A stretch of DNA of 64,000 nt from Vicugna vicugna (Eukaryota): assembly GCA_013265495.1 (NCBI GenBank), contig MU058584.1, positions 372,001 to 436,000 of the forward strand, written 5' to 3'. Position 1 is the first letter of the stretch. Each line of letters begins with the position of its first letter. Positions 38,691 through 52,849 of the stretch are shown here, piece by piece. Under the pieces are notes generated by a model, which searched no databases, was not told where the DNA came from, and was given only the letters and a program-made list of their open reading frames with translations. Both the position numbers and the translations under genes were made by a program.

Positions 38691-39658
38691 TTTTTTTTCT
38701 TAGTAACATGTACCTTCCTGGGTGCTGGCCCTTTAAATAGACAGTTTTTCTTTTTCTGGTAAGGATCTGTTGGGGTGGGAACCACTAAGCCCTTGGAGTG
38801 TTGCTGGGCGGTCTCAGGAAGCAGGATGTGCATTCACTCTGGATTGCCAGGTTGCTTATTGTCACAGGGGCCTTCTAGTCAGGGCGTAGGAGATCCCTGG
38901 GAAGTCTGTGGGGGACTCACTGAAGGCTGGGGTCAGTGATAGCAGCCAGGTGACCCCTGAGGTGAGGATACCGTGGCTCAGGGAGGACTTGCAGTTCCTG
39001 GAGGGCAGGGACCACAACACATCATACTGCTTTTGAACCCCAGCTGCCTACCCTGGTTCCTGACTATTAGTACACACTCACAGGTTTATCTTGAATGAAA
39101 GAACGACTTAAATGTTTTCCCCAATATAATGTACTGGCATAAACTCAGTCTATTATGTACTTCAGACATACAGAATCATAGCATATTATTCATTGTTTGA
39201 AGTGACTGTAACTGCAGTTGATCAGTTTGTCCACCGGATTTTACAGAGGCCCAAAGTCGTACAGGAGGAAGACTCAGATCTTCCGACGCCCAGCCCAGAG
39301 TGCTTTCCACTGCTGCAACGTAAGGCTGCTGGAAATTCACTGCATGTTTTTTTGCTTCCTTGTTTTCTTTGGATAGCTTCTAGGAGTTTCCATTGATTAA
39401 TTTGGGAGTTGGGGTGGATTTTGGGGAGCGCTGACTATCAGACAGAGTTGGAATAAATGGCAGTCATGGTAGCAGTAGTTTTTGGATCTGCCCCACTGCT
39501 TTTTTTTTTTCTTTTCTTCCTGTTGTCATTTTCTTTTTCAGGATCTGCCACTTTCCCCAAGGTTGGCAGAGATATCTTTAAACTGGTCCCCTTGACCCAA
39601 AAAGACCCTGATCCGTTCCCTTGTTTGTCATAAGAAGTCTTCAGTTTCTTTTATTTTC

Positions 39659-40103
39659 TGTATTAGTTTTACTGTTGCTACTGAAACAAGTGACCACACA
39701 TGTACTGGTTTAAAACAATACATGTTTATTGTCTTACAGTTCTAGAGGTCAGAAGTTTTAAATGAGTCTTATGGGGCTAAAATAAAAAATGGGTCAGCAG
39801 AGGCTCTCAGGGAGCATCTGTTCTTTGCCTTTTCCAGCTTCGGAGGCTGCCTGCCTTCCTGGGCTTGTGGCCTCATCACTCTGAACTCTGCTTCTATCAT
39901 CACAATCCCTTCTTTGACTCTGACCCTCTTGCTTTCCTCTTATAAGGACTATTGTGATCACTGGGCCCATCTGGATAATCCAGGATAATCTTCCCATCTT
40001 AATCATGTCTTCGAGGTTGTTTTGCCGTGTAAGGTAGCACAGACACAGGTTCCAGGGATTGGGACGAGGACACCTTTGGAGGCCCATCACTCCACCTACC
40101 ACG
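39659..40103 (-). mobile_element. MLT1 (MaLR, MLT1C/D-like) solo LTR
   Basis: tgtattagtttt...tttattgtcttacagttctagaggtcagaag...gggcccatctggataatccaggataatct...cacaggttccagggatt...cctaccac. Confidence 0.85.
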
Positions 40104-42240
40104 CCTGCCTTGTTTACTGCCTGCCTAAAGGGATAAGCTAAGTGGTGGGGGCCGGGCCAACCCTGCAGGCCCTCTGATTCTGGATTGGATACTTTCCCCA
40201 CTCCAGGTCAGCTGCCTGGTATTGGGTCCACCCATGTGTTCTCTTCTGATCCCTATGTTGACCCAGGCAGGAAGGCAGCTTAAGAGACACTCAGCAGAAG
40301 CACTGGATGACTGTCCTGCTCTTTGTCTGCCAGGGATCCAAAGGTCTGCGAAGATGCTAGCCAGAAGAGGGAAACAAGAGAAAAGGGAATGACTTTTTTT
40401 TTTTAAGAAGAGTTCACAAAGTTTAGTGAAGTTCTGCATGAACCCACGGTTGGTCAGGCACTGGGTTTGCTCCCTTGGAGGTTACTGGTTGAAAATGAAG
40501 GGTGGCCAGTAATTCTGAAATCAGGCTGCTGGCTTTGCACCATTGGGCCTGCTGTGTGAATAGTGAATTTGGCAGCGAAGTATTTGGTATGATTTTTGAG
40601 TCCTTTGTTCCCAGAGGTTAGTACCAATCACCTGCATGGCACTTTTTAGCATCCTTGCGAAGGCAGCTCTGTGTAATCAAAACAGCTCTCAGTGAGGAAC
40701 GATGAGAGCTGGACTTGAGTCTCCTGGGCTCGACGTCTCACCTTGCTGGGGTGTCTGATGGCCATTAGTCTCGGTTTGCTTGTTTATAAAGGGGAAATGA
40801 TGATGCTTCTTGTTCTCTCTGGTGCTATCGTTGAGTCTGCAATAGTGCATGAAAAAATACTTCGTAAACCAAAAAGGGCTATTTATATTCATCAGTATCC
40901 ATTTTATACCTTCCTCTGGATTTCAAAGCATTTCATAAGTGCACATAAATACCCTGAGAGAGAGTGCGCTGCTTCACCTAGCTCCTTTTAATAGCCAGCG
41001 TCTCTTTTTATCAGATTTCCGTGCAAATGTCATTTCCTTAGGGAGGCCACCCCCTACTTGGTCCTTCTGTCCTCTCATAGGATCTGTGGCCGCACCCCTC
41101 TCTTCTGAAGCACTTGTGGCAACTGTATTCCCGGTGTCTGGCAGGGTGCCCACCTTTGCTCAGTCGACTTTTATTGAGTGACTGAGAAAATTAATCTTAG
41201 TTGATAACCATGTGAGCATGAAGCAGTGAAACTTAGGGAGGCTCCACCGAGGGGGTGTCAGGAAGAAACAATTCAGATCTGACCAACCGTCTACCTTCAC
41301 CAGGGCCTCTGGTGTGCGGAGAGCCCGGCTGGGCTCCAGCCTGGCAGCTGGTGTTCTATTACTCTCCTGCCTTTGGAACCTGCTGTAGCTGCTGGAAGGG
41401 AAGCCTCAGGTCGGGAAGGGGAGAGGCATCCTGTTGGGCCTTCAGTGCTGGAAAGGAGAAGGCTGTCCTTGTGGCCAGAGACCAGGTTTCTGACCATTAA
41501 AAACCCAGGGAGCAGAGCCCTGCAGTAGAAATGTGGTACAGCTTCATGGAGGCTGTGCAGCCTGGACCTGGTGGGGTGAGTGTGTGCAGCCACGGGCACT
41601 TGGAGATATGTGGTCCCGCATCGTGGCTCCTGTGGCTGTGGACTGGGTAAACTCTTGACTGTATTGCAAACAGCTTTCCCAACAGTCCAGCATGGGATCG
41701 GAGCTGGCTGTTGAACCGTGACTTGATTTCTCAAGAGTGGCCGCTTGGGACTGTTGTTGGTCAGTAGCCCTGACAAAATGGTCTGGTGACCAGGAAATGG
41801 CCAAGCCCTCCCTTCTCCCACAACTCCCTTCCAGAATTGCCACCTCTTCCAAAAATTTCTCTCAAGAAAACAAACATAAGTTGCCCCTGGGTGCTCTTGG
41901 GAGAACAGGAATGAAATGCTGCTGAGGGAACCTCCAGAGCAGCGACTGGAGCTGTGAGTGCCTCATAGCACGTTTTCCTCCCCACAGGCATTAAGGCCCT
42001 GCACGTAGCCTCTTTTCTTCATACATTCAGACACAATCCATATTTTACCTGCTCTGGGAAGCTTTGTCCAGGGATCACTTCATCCCTTTATGTAACTCCT
42101 CCTTAGCGGCTACCCTCAGCATCATTTGCTCCTTTTTCATTAATTGTTTTCCTTCTCTTCCCAAGTTCAGAGTTGGCAAGTCTACCTCTGAACAGCTTAG
42201 GTTGTAACACCAACCTCCTTTTCATTATTTTAGCATGGCC

Positions 42241-42717
42241 CTATTAATTTCCTATTGCTGCTGTAACAAATTACTACAAACATAGTGGCTGAAAACAACA
42301 CAAGTTTATTATCTTACAGTTCTGGAGGTCAAAATTCCAAAATGGGGCTAAAAATCAAGAAGCTGGCAAGGCTGCTTTCCTTCTGAGACTCTAGAGAGAC
42401 TCCGTGCCCTTGCTTTTCTGGCTTCTAGAGGCCGCCTGAATTCCGTAGTCCTTGGAACCTTTCCATCTTCAAAGCCAGCAATCACATCACTCTGACCTCT
42501 TTGACTCTGACTCTCCTGCCTCCCCCTTGCATGTATAAGGACCTTGGTCATTACATTGGCTCCTCCTCCTTCCCCATCCCAGGATTCTTAATTTATTCAC
42601 CTCTGTAGAGTCCCTTTTGCCATATAAAGGTAACATATTCACAGGTTTTGGTGATTAGTGGGCAATTTGGGGGTGCGGTGTAAGCGGTGTGGTGGTGGCG
42701 CTATTCTGCCTACCACA
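42241..42717 (-). mobile_element. MLT1 (MaLR, MLT1C/D-like) solo LTR
   Basis: tttcctattgctgctgtaacaaattactacaaac...tttattatcttacagttctggaggtc...gtcccttttgccatataaaggtaacatattcacaggtt...tattctgcctaccaca. Confidence 0.85.
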
Positions 42718-43895
42718 GAGGGATGACAGTATTAGGCTTTTGTAGCAGGGATTGGAAAGATTCCACCCCTTTACTTGAGGGGTCAGGAAGAACTAACTTC
42801 AAATCCAATTTCTTCTGTTGACTAGCTAAATGACTTTGGACCCATTTCTGACTCTATCAGTCTTTAATTATCCGTAAAATTGGGATGTCTCCTTTACAGT
42901 TTGACGTGAGTGCAGGCAAAGCACTGAGCGAAGTGCCGACCACATGTGTTGTGCACCGTACATAGTAGTTCCCTTCCCTTGTGTGTATTGGGCAGGGACA
43001 GTGGCTCAGAAAAGCATACAAGCTGGCTGTCAGACACACTTAAGCACCTGGTAAATGTTAGCTGTTAGTGACATCAGCTTTGCATGTCTATTGATTTTTT
43101 TTCCCTTAGTCTGAAGATGAGTGTTTCTCAAAATGGGTTCTGTGGCTCTCTTGGAATTTAGGGGTGTATTCTCTGGCATCTGAGTTCTTTATAAGAATAA
43201 AAAAAGTTGTGTTCATTTGATCCAATGACAACTAAAAAGCCTATTCTGGACTCTTGGAAGGACCATGTTTTGCCTGAGTGCTGTCAACTGATTTTATTGT
43301 CCACCGTTGTGTTTGTTTCCTTGTGTTGGCACCAAATAGTTCTCTTGTAATTGTCATGCACTGAAGAAAAAGCTTCCAGTATGTCTGTAATGAATTCCTT
43401 TAAGGTGGAGGATAAATGACCATACTGCACCTTGTAGGAATTAAGATTTGGTAGTGGTTGGAACAGAGGAAAGTGGTCGAAAAATGGAATCAGCACATGG
43501 AGCCCAGGACTGTAGGCAAGGCTGCAGTGCAGCCAGGCTCCCTGCAGTGGCCGAGTTGCTTGTGGCTTGTGTGACTGGTGTTTGTTCTGGTTAGCTCCAG
43601 TATCTCTTCTGATTTGTTGGCACCTGTCTGTCTTAGTTGTCAGAATACTGAGTATCGCCCAAGTCTGTGTATGCTGGATTCAAAAGAACTCACCACATAT
43701 TCTTGTTGTGAGCAGTGATATAATTTCAGTTAAATAACAGACTCTTCTCTGACATGAACATCTTTACCTGGAATTTACTGGTTACGCTATGTGTGTTTAA
43801 TTCATAAATTTGTAAAAGACCTGTATGTGTAAGTAGTTTATATCCAGCTTTATGTTTAGATATTTAAATAACGTTATACATGATTTTCCAACACT

Positions 43896-44325
43896 TTTTG
43901 GTAACAGCTTTATTAAGGCATGATTCTCATATACTGTACAACTTACCCATTTAGAGTATATAACTCAGTGGTTTTTTAGTGTATTCATAGGGTTGTACAA
44001 CCATCACTATAATCTATTTTAGCACATTTTCATCACCCCAAAAAGAAACTCTGCACATCTTAACCTTCACCTTCCAGTCTTCCCCAAGGCCTCCAGCCCC
44101 AGGCAACCACTAATCTACTTTCTGCCCCAATGGATTTGTCTATTTTTGGACGTTTCTTACAAAAATGGCATCATACAATACATGGCCCTTTTGACTGGCT
44201 TCTTTCACTTTGCGAAATGTTTTCATGGTTTATCCATGTTAAGGCATGTGTAAGCACTTCATTTCTTTTTATTACTGAATAATATTCCATGGTGTTGATA
44301 TACCACATGTCATTTATTCATTCAG
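43896..44325 (-). mobile_element. L1MB-like 3' end
   Basis: aacagctttatt...gttgtacaaccatcactata...cattttcatcaccccaaaaagaaact...ccccaggcaaccactaatctactttctg. Confidence 0.85.
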
Positions 44326-44931
44326 ATGCTGAGTGTTTGCAATTTATTTTTCCTTGAAAAGAAGCCCAGAGTATTAAATTTTAGAGAACGTTTGATGTGG
44401 CTTGAGGAGTGTGTGATGGGATGCTTATGGTTGTTGTCTTCTCAGCCAAAGGGAACAAATCATTGCTTTCTTAGGTAATCTGGGATGAGACATTCTCATC
44501 AATATCAAGAAAGGTGCACTGATAGAATAACTTAATTTCTTCCCACTCATTTAAAAAATGCATTATCTGTAAGCAGAGAAGAGTTAGTAAGAATCAGCTG
44601 TTGTCAAAGCTAACCCATGCTTGCTTTTAAAGATGTATTACTTTATTACAGCCATTTATGCTCAAGAGTGAGAAGTAATGTAATTGAGCTTTCACAGGAG
44701 CATTTGAATATTGCCTGGCTCAGCCCGCAGTGTCTTGTGCCGACCTACTTAATGCTCGGGGGTCTTTTTAAAGCCAACAGTGTTTATCCGTCCCATCAGG
44801 AGGAGATGAAGAACCAACCCCAGGTCCTTGCTGCCATGTTAACCAGTCTCTGGGCACCCATTTGTTCATGTTCCTGCCATTAGTAACTGACTGCACTGAG
44901 CATCTACTGCTTGTATTAATGTCTTCTGTGC

Positions 44932-45265
44932 ATTTTTAAAAAGTATGTACATAATATTTATCATTTTAACCATTTGTAAGTGTCCATTATTGTCACCACT
45001 ATCTATACCCAAAACCTTTTCCTCATTCCCAACCTAAACTCTCTACCCAATGAACAGTAACTCTGTCTTTCCTCTCAGCCTCTGGTGACCTCTATTCTAC
45101 CATCTGTCTCTGATTTTTGCTTATTCTAGTTTCCACATATAAGTGGAATCTTGGATAATATTTGTCCTTCTCTGTCTGGCTTACTACCATGAATGTTTCA
45201 AGGACCACCCATGTTGAAGCATAAATCAAATTTCATTCCTTTTTATGGCTGAATAGTATTCTCTG
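44932..45265 (-). mobile_element. L1MB-like 3' end
   Basis: tttatcattttaaccattt...cagcctctggtgacctctattctac...catataagtggaatc...ttcattcctttttatggctgaatagtattc. Confidence 0.8.
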
Positions 45266-46084
45266 CTGTGACTTTTTGCACTTACTGCATTATCCAGGCT
45301 TTGGTGTGTGGCTGTTTCTTCTCAGGACCAAAAGCAGCATATTGTGGTCAGGGATGCACAGTCATGGAACAAGGCATCCTCAGCAGTGAACACTGAGGAC
45401 CTGAGCTGCTGGAGGGAGCCCTTTTTGATCCCTGCTGAAAGCCTGATCTGTCACTTATGTAGTACTATAGTTGTTAAAGTCAGTTGTCATGTCCATTGTC
45501 GCCTAATTTTGGTCTCCAATAAGCTTATAAAGAGCAAGTATCACCCCTGTTTTACAGATAAGGGCCATCTGTGAAATGTGAATGACTTGCTTAAACTATT
45601 TATCTTATTGTTGTCCTTATCAGTGATGACGAGACTTGATTCTAGACTTTGCCGTGTGCTGTGTGTCACGCTCCATGGGAAATGCTTCCACAAGTACTAT
45701 GTTACTTGATCTTCACAACTCTCCGTGACCATCATCTCCTTTCATAGATGATTTAACCGAGGCCCAGAGGGTACACACCTTGCCCTAGATCGCAGAACTG
45801 GTAAGTGGGGAAGCTAGGATTCCCTCCAGAGCTTGAACGAGGTATTGTTGTAGTACCAGAGCCAAGCAAAGACCTCCAGTGTGCTTACTCCTGGGTCAGG
45901 GATCCTGCAGGAACATGCTGTTTCCACTTTACCAAGTATCTGTCCAGGCAGCATCATCCATGTCCCTGATTGTACCTTTTTCCAAACTGAGAACACTGCC
46001 AGACAGTGTAGAGCACTAGATGTAAATAAGGCCATCATTTGATTTTTTATAAAGTACTTTTAAGATTTTGAGACTCGTATATCC

Positions 46085-46780
46085 TGTGTGACACCCTCCA
46101 TTTGGATATCCCAAAGGCACCTTAAATTCAATATGTCAGAAACGGAATTCATCATTGCCACAGCCTTTGGTCAGAACCCTCTCCCCTGCAGGTTTTTTTT
46201 TTTCTTTTTATGTTTTCGTATCTCATTGAAAAGTATTTTATCAATCCAATAATCTAAGCTGGAAACCTCAGGGTCACCTTAGACGTTTCTCTGTCAGTAG
46301 CCTCTACATTAATCACCCGTACTGATTTTGCCCCCTAAGTATTTCTCAAATGTGTCTCTCCCTCTCCATCCCTACCTGGGGGAATCTATGTCATCTTACA
46401 GTAGCCCTTCAGATTGTCTCTGTGCCCTAGGCTTGTCCCTTTCCTACCCATCCTCCACACTGTCGCCTGGCTTATCTGGCTCATCCGTCTAAATGCAGGT
46501 CTGTAGGAGTTGTCCTGCTTAAAACCCCGTGATGGTGGTTCATCGCTTGCAGGCTGGAGTCTGGACTCTGAGCAAGGCATGCGCTAAGGCCATGGTGACC
46601 ACAGTGGCAGTCCTGCTGTTCTCAGTGCCCTGCACTTGTCCTGTTGGCTCCCGCCTCCATTCCTGCTCTTGCCTCTGCCTGGGATGCTCCCCCTTCTCCC
46701 GGTGGCCTCCTCAGGACTCAGCTGAACTTCTGCTTATCCTTCATGAACCAGTTTGGGCTTCCATTCCCTCTGTCTCTACA
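46085..46780 (+). mobile_element. L2 LINE fragment
   Basis: ctccatttggatatcccaaaggcaccttaaattcaatatgtc...gaaacctcagggtcacctt...catcctccacactg...cctgcttaaaacc. Confidence 0.7.
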
Positions 46781-47059
46781 CTTAGACAACAATATATGTG
46801 TCTCCTTCATATGATAATCGTCTTGAGAGCCATGGGGTGAATGCTAATTCTTCTTTTGTAAAACAGGAACAATGTCAACTCTGTTAGAATTAAAGCCAAC
46901 AGCGATGTCAGGTCCTTAGCATGTGCCTGGCCTATAATGGATATTCAGGGAATGTCAGCATCTTCTCTCTGTGTCTCTGCTGCATTTGTGATTGGAGAAA
47001 ACTTTCCCTGGGCATCCACACGCACTGTCATTTGCTGCAGTGTTTCCTTCTGAGCTGTT

Positions 47060-47250
47060 CTGGACTTGGAGGCAGAAACCCTTTGATTATTTTCCTGCTC
47101 CACTATTGTGACTTTGGGCAAGTGAATTTCTCTGAACCTCAGGCTGCTACTTTGTGAAGTGAGGATTGTCTTTGCCCAATTTCCTCATAGCTGTTTCCTC
47201 CGGGTTAAATGAGATACCACATAGAAGGCTTTGTAAATTGCCAAGTGCAC
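47060..47250 (+). mobile_element. MIR SINE
   Basis: tggacttggaggcaga...tgtgactttgggcaagtgaatttctctgaacctcag...ggttaaatgagata. Confidence 0.7.
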
Positions 47251-48489
47251 ATATAGATAGTGACGTTTGGGCCCAGAAGGCAGCAAGATGAGTGCCACAA
47301 GCCCCTTGGTCAGGACCCCTTGCTGGTAGAATTTCCTCCCTGGCGTTGCTGTCCATGGTTGAATCTGGTGCCTCCGTCACCAGGTCTAGATGGAAAACTT
47401 GCTGTGTCTGTCTGTTCTGTAGCGCCTGGCCCTCTGGCACTGCGTCAGGGTGACAGCTAACAGGCAGCTGCTGCTGCTTCATCTTCTGTCTCTGGAGAGA
47501 TGTGTAACCACGCTGTGGGGATGACAAATCACTTCTCCGCAAGGAGCTCAACCCTGCTATCTAACAGTTGGAATCCCCGTTGTTAGTGTGATATTAGCAA
47601 TTTACCCTGTTTCCTTAACCACTAACCATCTTGAGAAGATCTGGGATTCTCCTTTAATGCTATTAATAGTCTCATCAACCCGAGGGCTTGTTAAACAGGT
47701 GAAGCGCACACCCTGGATTTCTGCTGAGAACTGTCACTCTGAGCTCTTTTTCCTCACAGAGCTTCTCTCTTGTAGCTGCCGGAGCCCTGGGCTTTTGTTC
47801 CTCTCCTTTTAAAGGCCTTGGTGGGGGGAGCATGGACTCTGGAGCCCCAGGCTTGACCCTCTGCTTGGCTAGGACTTGTGTCCAGAGTGACTTTCTCACC
47901 CCTGCCTCCAGGAGGTTGTGAGGCTGACCATTTCCATGTGGGAAGTCAGTATCCCCTCTTGCCTTTCCCTCCGGCTGGCTCAGCTCTTCCCAAGACGTTC
48001 CAGGCTCCTCTCTCTCCAGCTGCTCATGGAGTGAGGCCTCTTGCCTTTGCTGTGTGCTCCAGAGCAACCCTGCTTGCTGCCTGACAGCCTGCAGCCTTTC
48101 TGCAAGAGGACCTCTTTGGAAGGGGCAAGCAGTTCCAAACAGCTCAGACACAGACTTCATCTTATTTCCTTGTTGACAGCCATGTCAGCCTCTACTGTGT
48201 TTTGTCACTCGTGGACCCAGCTAACTAAGTTTTTTGTTTATCCTGGCCCAGGAGAAGATGGAAGAGAAGGCAGTTTGAATAGTTCTGGGTATATATGAGT
48301 TGTGAATATTTTAAAAATTTGACTTGGTGTCTCCTCCATTCTTTTTCCTGGTGGAAAAACCAGAAAAGAAGAGGCAGGGAATGTTTTCATTTCTTTTAGG
48401 TGATACTGATACCCAAACATCAGACACAGAAGAATCAAGTGTCAAATTCAAAAATAAGTAACAGTGATAGCGAGCCTGCAGTAAATACC

Positions 48490-48655
48490 AGTGTGTAACA
48501 GGTACTGTTTTAAGCATTTGGCCTCTAGTTCTCACTTAATCCTCTCAACTGCTTTATGAAGGGGAGTGTCGATAACGTGCCCAAAGTCACACAGTCAGTA
48601 AGTGGCCGGGGCTCCGGCTCTGGACCCGGGCTCTTGACAGCTCCACTGCCTCCCC
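48490..48655 (-). mobile_element. MIR SINE
   Basis: caggtactgttttaagcattt...tctcacttaatcctctcaac...tgcccaaagtcacacagtcagtaagtggccggg. Confidence 0.7.
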
Positions 48656-50479
48656 AAGGTGGACGTAGATCACCACCAAGTCACCCTGTTTGAAACTGTC
48701 TGCAAGTTGGACATCACGTGCCAACTGCAGAGTGCAGCCGTGCCCTCTCTGTCGGACCTTTCCCTGCACGGAGCCAGCAGTGGTCTGTATTAGCGCCACT
48801 CTGTTGAAACGGGCCCCACCCCACCCCCTCCTCTCGGGGCTGTTGGTTGAGCCAGTCTGCTCAGCTAGCAGCTGCCGAAGCAGCCTGTCCTCCTGGTCCC
48901 GTCAGCGAGGCTTTGCGACAGCGGCTGGTACAGCTGCTCCACAGGGTCAGGCTGCTCAGGGAGAGGGTGGTAGCAGGGTCCCCAGAGGAGGCTGCCTGCT
49001 CCCTTGGAAGAGAAGAGGCCTAGAAGTCCCCGTGCATCGTCTGAGGCTTGTGGGCACGTGGGTTGGTTTGTCCCTCCTTGAAAAACTAAGATGAGGCCCT
49101 AGTAAAGACAATAAATAGAAGAGAGGCCCCAAGCCTACAAAAAACCTCTGCCTTCTCCAGATGGGATAAAAGCTGCTGTTCCTCATTGAGCAGGAGGCCG
49201 AAGGGGCTGCAGGGGCTGCAGCTGCATCCAGCTTCGATTCCTGAGCGTCCGAACCAGGCCTGCTTTGAGCAGCGTTGTCTCCACCTGGCGAGCAGTTTGC
49301 AGCCACAGCTTCTCTTCCTCCTGGGGAGCTGAGCTGGGCTGTCTTCTGAGCACTGGACTCTGTGGTCAGAAGAGAAAGTCTGGCTCTGCTGGCTGGGATT
49401 TCTGAAAGAACGACGGGATGCTAACAGCCTTGCAGGACGCCAGGCACCGCTTCCAGGTGAGGGCCCCCTTTGGATGGGCTCTAGAGCAGCACTGGCCTAT
49501 CCTTGCCAGTGACTCTGTTGATCTGAGCCCTGGTTTGACTTTTTCCTCAGTGCCTGCAGTCTTCTGGTCAACCCCACCTCTCCCCCCCCAGTTTTCTCTT
49601 TTACAGAATTCCTGTCTTCAGACCTGACTGGATTTCTTGGCTTGCGCATCTGGTCTTCATTTAGCAGGGATGACACTTAATTTAAGTAAGAGCTTGGCTT
49701 CCTTTAAACTGAACAGCTTCACCCTGCTGAGGGGGCCAGTGGGGAGTCAGTAGCTAGATGGTTATTGAAAGAGATCACATTGATTTATGGCTTTCACTTA
49801 AATCCATGTAATCGTGTGGCTGGGCACTCAGACTGCACCTTTAAGAGTCTAGTGCTCTTGTCTCCAGACGGAGAGAGGTTTCTCCTGAGCCGGTGGGCAG
49901 GACCACTGTATGCATGTGGCGTGCGTCCCTGCACCCTCATGGAGGAGACTGTGTTGGCAGAGCTGGCAGGCTCCCCGTGCCCCTAGCACACTGTGTCTGG
50001 ACTAGTATGAGGCCCGTCATGTCTCTGCTCAGAAGCCTTCAGTGGCTCCCCATTGCCGGCAAATGAAGTACGGAGTTCTCAGCTGGTGGTCAGGGGCTTC
50101 CCTAAGCTGACTTCCTCATGCCTGTGTCCGTCATTGCCCAATTCTCTGACCAAACTGAGTCCCTTACTAGTCTTCAAACATGTGGTGTCTGGTTTTTCCT
50201 GCCATCTGCCTTCAAGTTCTTCCCTTTCTCTGGGATTCCCTTCATTCCTTGGCCAGTCTCTATTCCTCAAGGCCCATTTCAAATGAAAATCTTTGCCATG
50301 AAATCTTTTCTGGTTTCTCTCAGCTGTACGTCCCCCTGTGCACGCAGCCACCCTCTGTGTCTCTCCTCAGGTACGTCGGCCTGCTTTGTTTTACACTTAT
50401 TCTTAGTAAGTTGGACTACCTGAGAGTAGTGACCCTGGGTTGGTCACGTGTGTCCCCCAACAGAGCGGAACTCAGCTCC

Positions 50480-50681
50480 TGGAGTAGTGGTAATGCACAC
50501 TTCCTGAGTGCTTGCTCTGCGCCAGTTCTAAGCACTGCGTGTATTTTCTCAGTAATCCTCACACGAGCTTTCAGAGACAGATGCTACGTGTAGTCCCATT
50601 TTACAGAAAAGATAATGGGGATAGAGAGGCTAAGTAATTTGCCCAAGGCCACTTGGCTAGCAAGTGGCAGAGCTGAGGTTC
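50480..50681 (-). mobile_element. MIR SINE interrupted by the adjacent MLT2 LTR
   Basis: ctgagtgcttgctctgcgccag...cccattttacagaaaag...taagtaatttgcccaaggccac...agtggcagagctgaggtt; appears to resume near 51195. Confidence 0.75.
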
Positions 50682-51188
50682 CGTATTATTCACAGTTCTC
50701 TAGAGACACAGAACCAACAGAGTAGATTTAATATATAGAAAGACATTTATGATGAAGGCTTGGCTCATGCGATTGTGGAGACTGAGAAGTCCCTTGATCT
50801 GCCGTCTGCAAGCTGGAGGCCCAGGGAAGCTGCTGGTGTAATTCCAGTCCAAACCCGAAGGCCCAGGAACCCGGGGAGCCAATGGTGTAAGTCCAGGTCT
50901 AAGTCCAGAGGCCTCAGAGTCAGGAGTGAGGATGTCCAAGGGCAGATGAGATGGATGTCCCAGCTCAAGCAATGCAGATCTGCCCCCTTTCCACCTTTTT
51001 GTTCTGCTCCGAGTCTCAGCAGATTGAATGATGCCAGGTCACACTGGTGAGGCTGTTCTTTACTTAGGCTTCTGATTCACATGCTAAGCTCTTCTGGAAA
51101 CAGCCTCAGAGACACACCCAGAAATCATGTTTTACCTGCTCTCTTGGATTCCCTTAGCTCAGGTGAGCTGACAAAGATTAACCGTCAT
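50682..51188 (-). mobile_element. MLT2-family (ERVL) solo LTR
   Basis: gttctctagagacacagaaccaacag...ttggctcatgcgattgtggagactgagaagtccc...tctgcaagctggaggcccagg...cagagacacacccagaaat...gattaaccgtca. Confidence 0.88.
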
Positions 51189-52849
51189 GGATCTCCACTC
51201 AAACTGCCTTTCTAGTCCAGGCTCTCTCCGCCCCTGCCACGTGGCCTCTTCCGTAGTAGGTGCTTGCTTCATACATGTTTACTGAGGAGGATTGCACTGA
51301 GGTCCAGAGATGTAAGTATGCAGCAATAGATTAGTTTAAGAACAAGGAACAGGAAGAAGAGAAGAAGTGTAACTGGAATGAACAGGTGGGGAGAGAATCA
51401 AGGAGAGCGAGGAAACCAAGGGGCAGACCGGAGAGGAACACAGGAGGCGGAGCTCATCGTGAGGGGAAGCTTGGGGCTCCTGCTTGTGAAACCACGTTCA
51501 AGGTGCGGGGTGGCCGTACCCTGAGGCAGACACAGGGGTTGTCAGTGGTTGTACCTGGGTCCTGGCACACATGGCACAGTCACCTCACGTTCCAAGTGTG
51601 ACTTAACAGCTTCTACCAAAAGGGGTAGGTGGGGGAGGATGCAGATACCAAGCTCTCCAAGCCGGCTGGTGAGGAAACAGAGGCCCAGAAAGGTTGACTT
51701 GGCCTGGATCCCACTATGGGGACTAGAATTCAGGGCCCTGGTTCCTTCTGCTTTATTTTCATGCTTTTTAGAGAGTAACAAATGGCTTTCTCTCACCCTT
51801 ACTGTTGTTGGAAGGGGTCGTTTAGAGTGTGTGGGTCTGCTTCTCTCCATCTTTTATTCTGCCTGTGTCTGTTACATCATGCATGTTTCTCTGTTTCTAC
51901 AACTTCCACTTTGGTCCAGCCCCCACCCCCCATCTCTTGCCTAATAAGTTGTGGTCTTCTTGCACTGGGCTTCTATACTTAGTTTTTATTATAGCCAGTG
52001 TTGTGTTTTCTATTCCTTGCCTCAACTGTTCCTGCCCCTGAACTCTGAGCCTTCTGGTTCTAAGGATCCTGCAAGTGAGCTCTGAGACAGTCACCTTTTA
52101 AAGGGCTTTCATCAGCATGCTCCACCTTTCTCTTTGTGCTCGTCTCCTTCCACTCACGCCTCGACATGAGCCACCTACTCTTTGGGTCCCCCTTTTCCCT
52201 TGAGAGCTCGTTCCATTTGTGACCTCTCTTCTCTCCTGTTGTGCTGCTTCTTGTGGCCGTATTACAATCAGTGTGTCGGTCATTTCTTCTCCATGGAGTC
52301 TTCTCAGTGCAGCGAAGGAAAGTCAATGACATTCTCCCACAGCCCCCTTTTTGGGTGACTCATTCCTTCTTACAACTCCGTAACCCTTTGTATGGAAAGA
52401 TGTCACTCCCAAGGGACCCACTCACCAGCCCAAGGTGGGACTTCAGCCAGTGGGCTGCTTGATAGTGTGGCACAGAAAGACACGTGCTCAGTGGGAGAGA
52501 CTTCCTCAGGTCCTACTCAGCCTACCCCCACTGTCCTTCACCCAGCACAAGCAAGACCTCTTTATAAAGCCATCCAGGAGCGCAAGTTCAGAACGAACCC
52601 ATCATGGATTGTGGGGCAGAGGGAGGAGAGCAAGCCACGTATCCACCAATAAATGGCAGCTAAAGGTAGACATGGATTATGCCTGTTCTGAAGAAGGAAG
52701 GATATATCTCACATTTCCTGGACAGTAGGGTAGCTGTAGCAACAGAAATATACGTACATCATGAGGTTCTGACTTTGAACTTAGAGATCTGAATCACAGA
52801 GACCGAGTCTCTGGGGTGCATATAAACTGCTTCATCTCTTTTTTATTGA

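Noticed and set aside
41297..41821. Longest ORF in the track (174 aa, minus strand)
   Set aside because: No recognisable homology or compositional signal, overlapped by several equally random ORFs, and no convincing splice context.
49278..49296. Second CTCF-like sequence (minus strand TCGCCAGGTGGAG)
   Set aside because: It mismatches conserved core positions at both ends and is weaker than the 54824 site, so it is not supportable without a PWM score.
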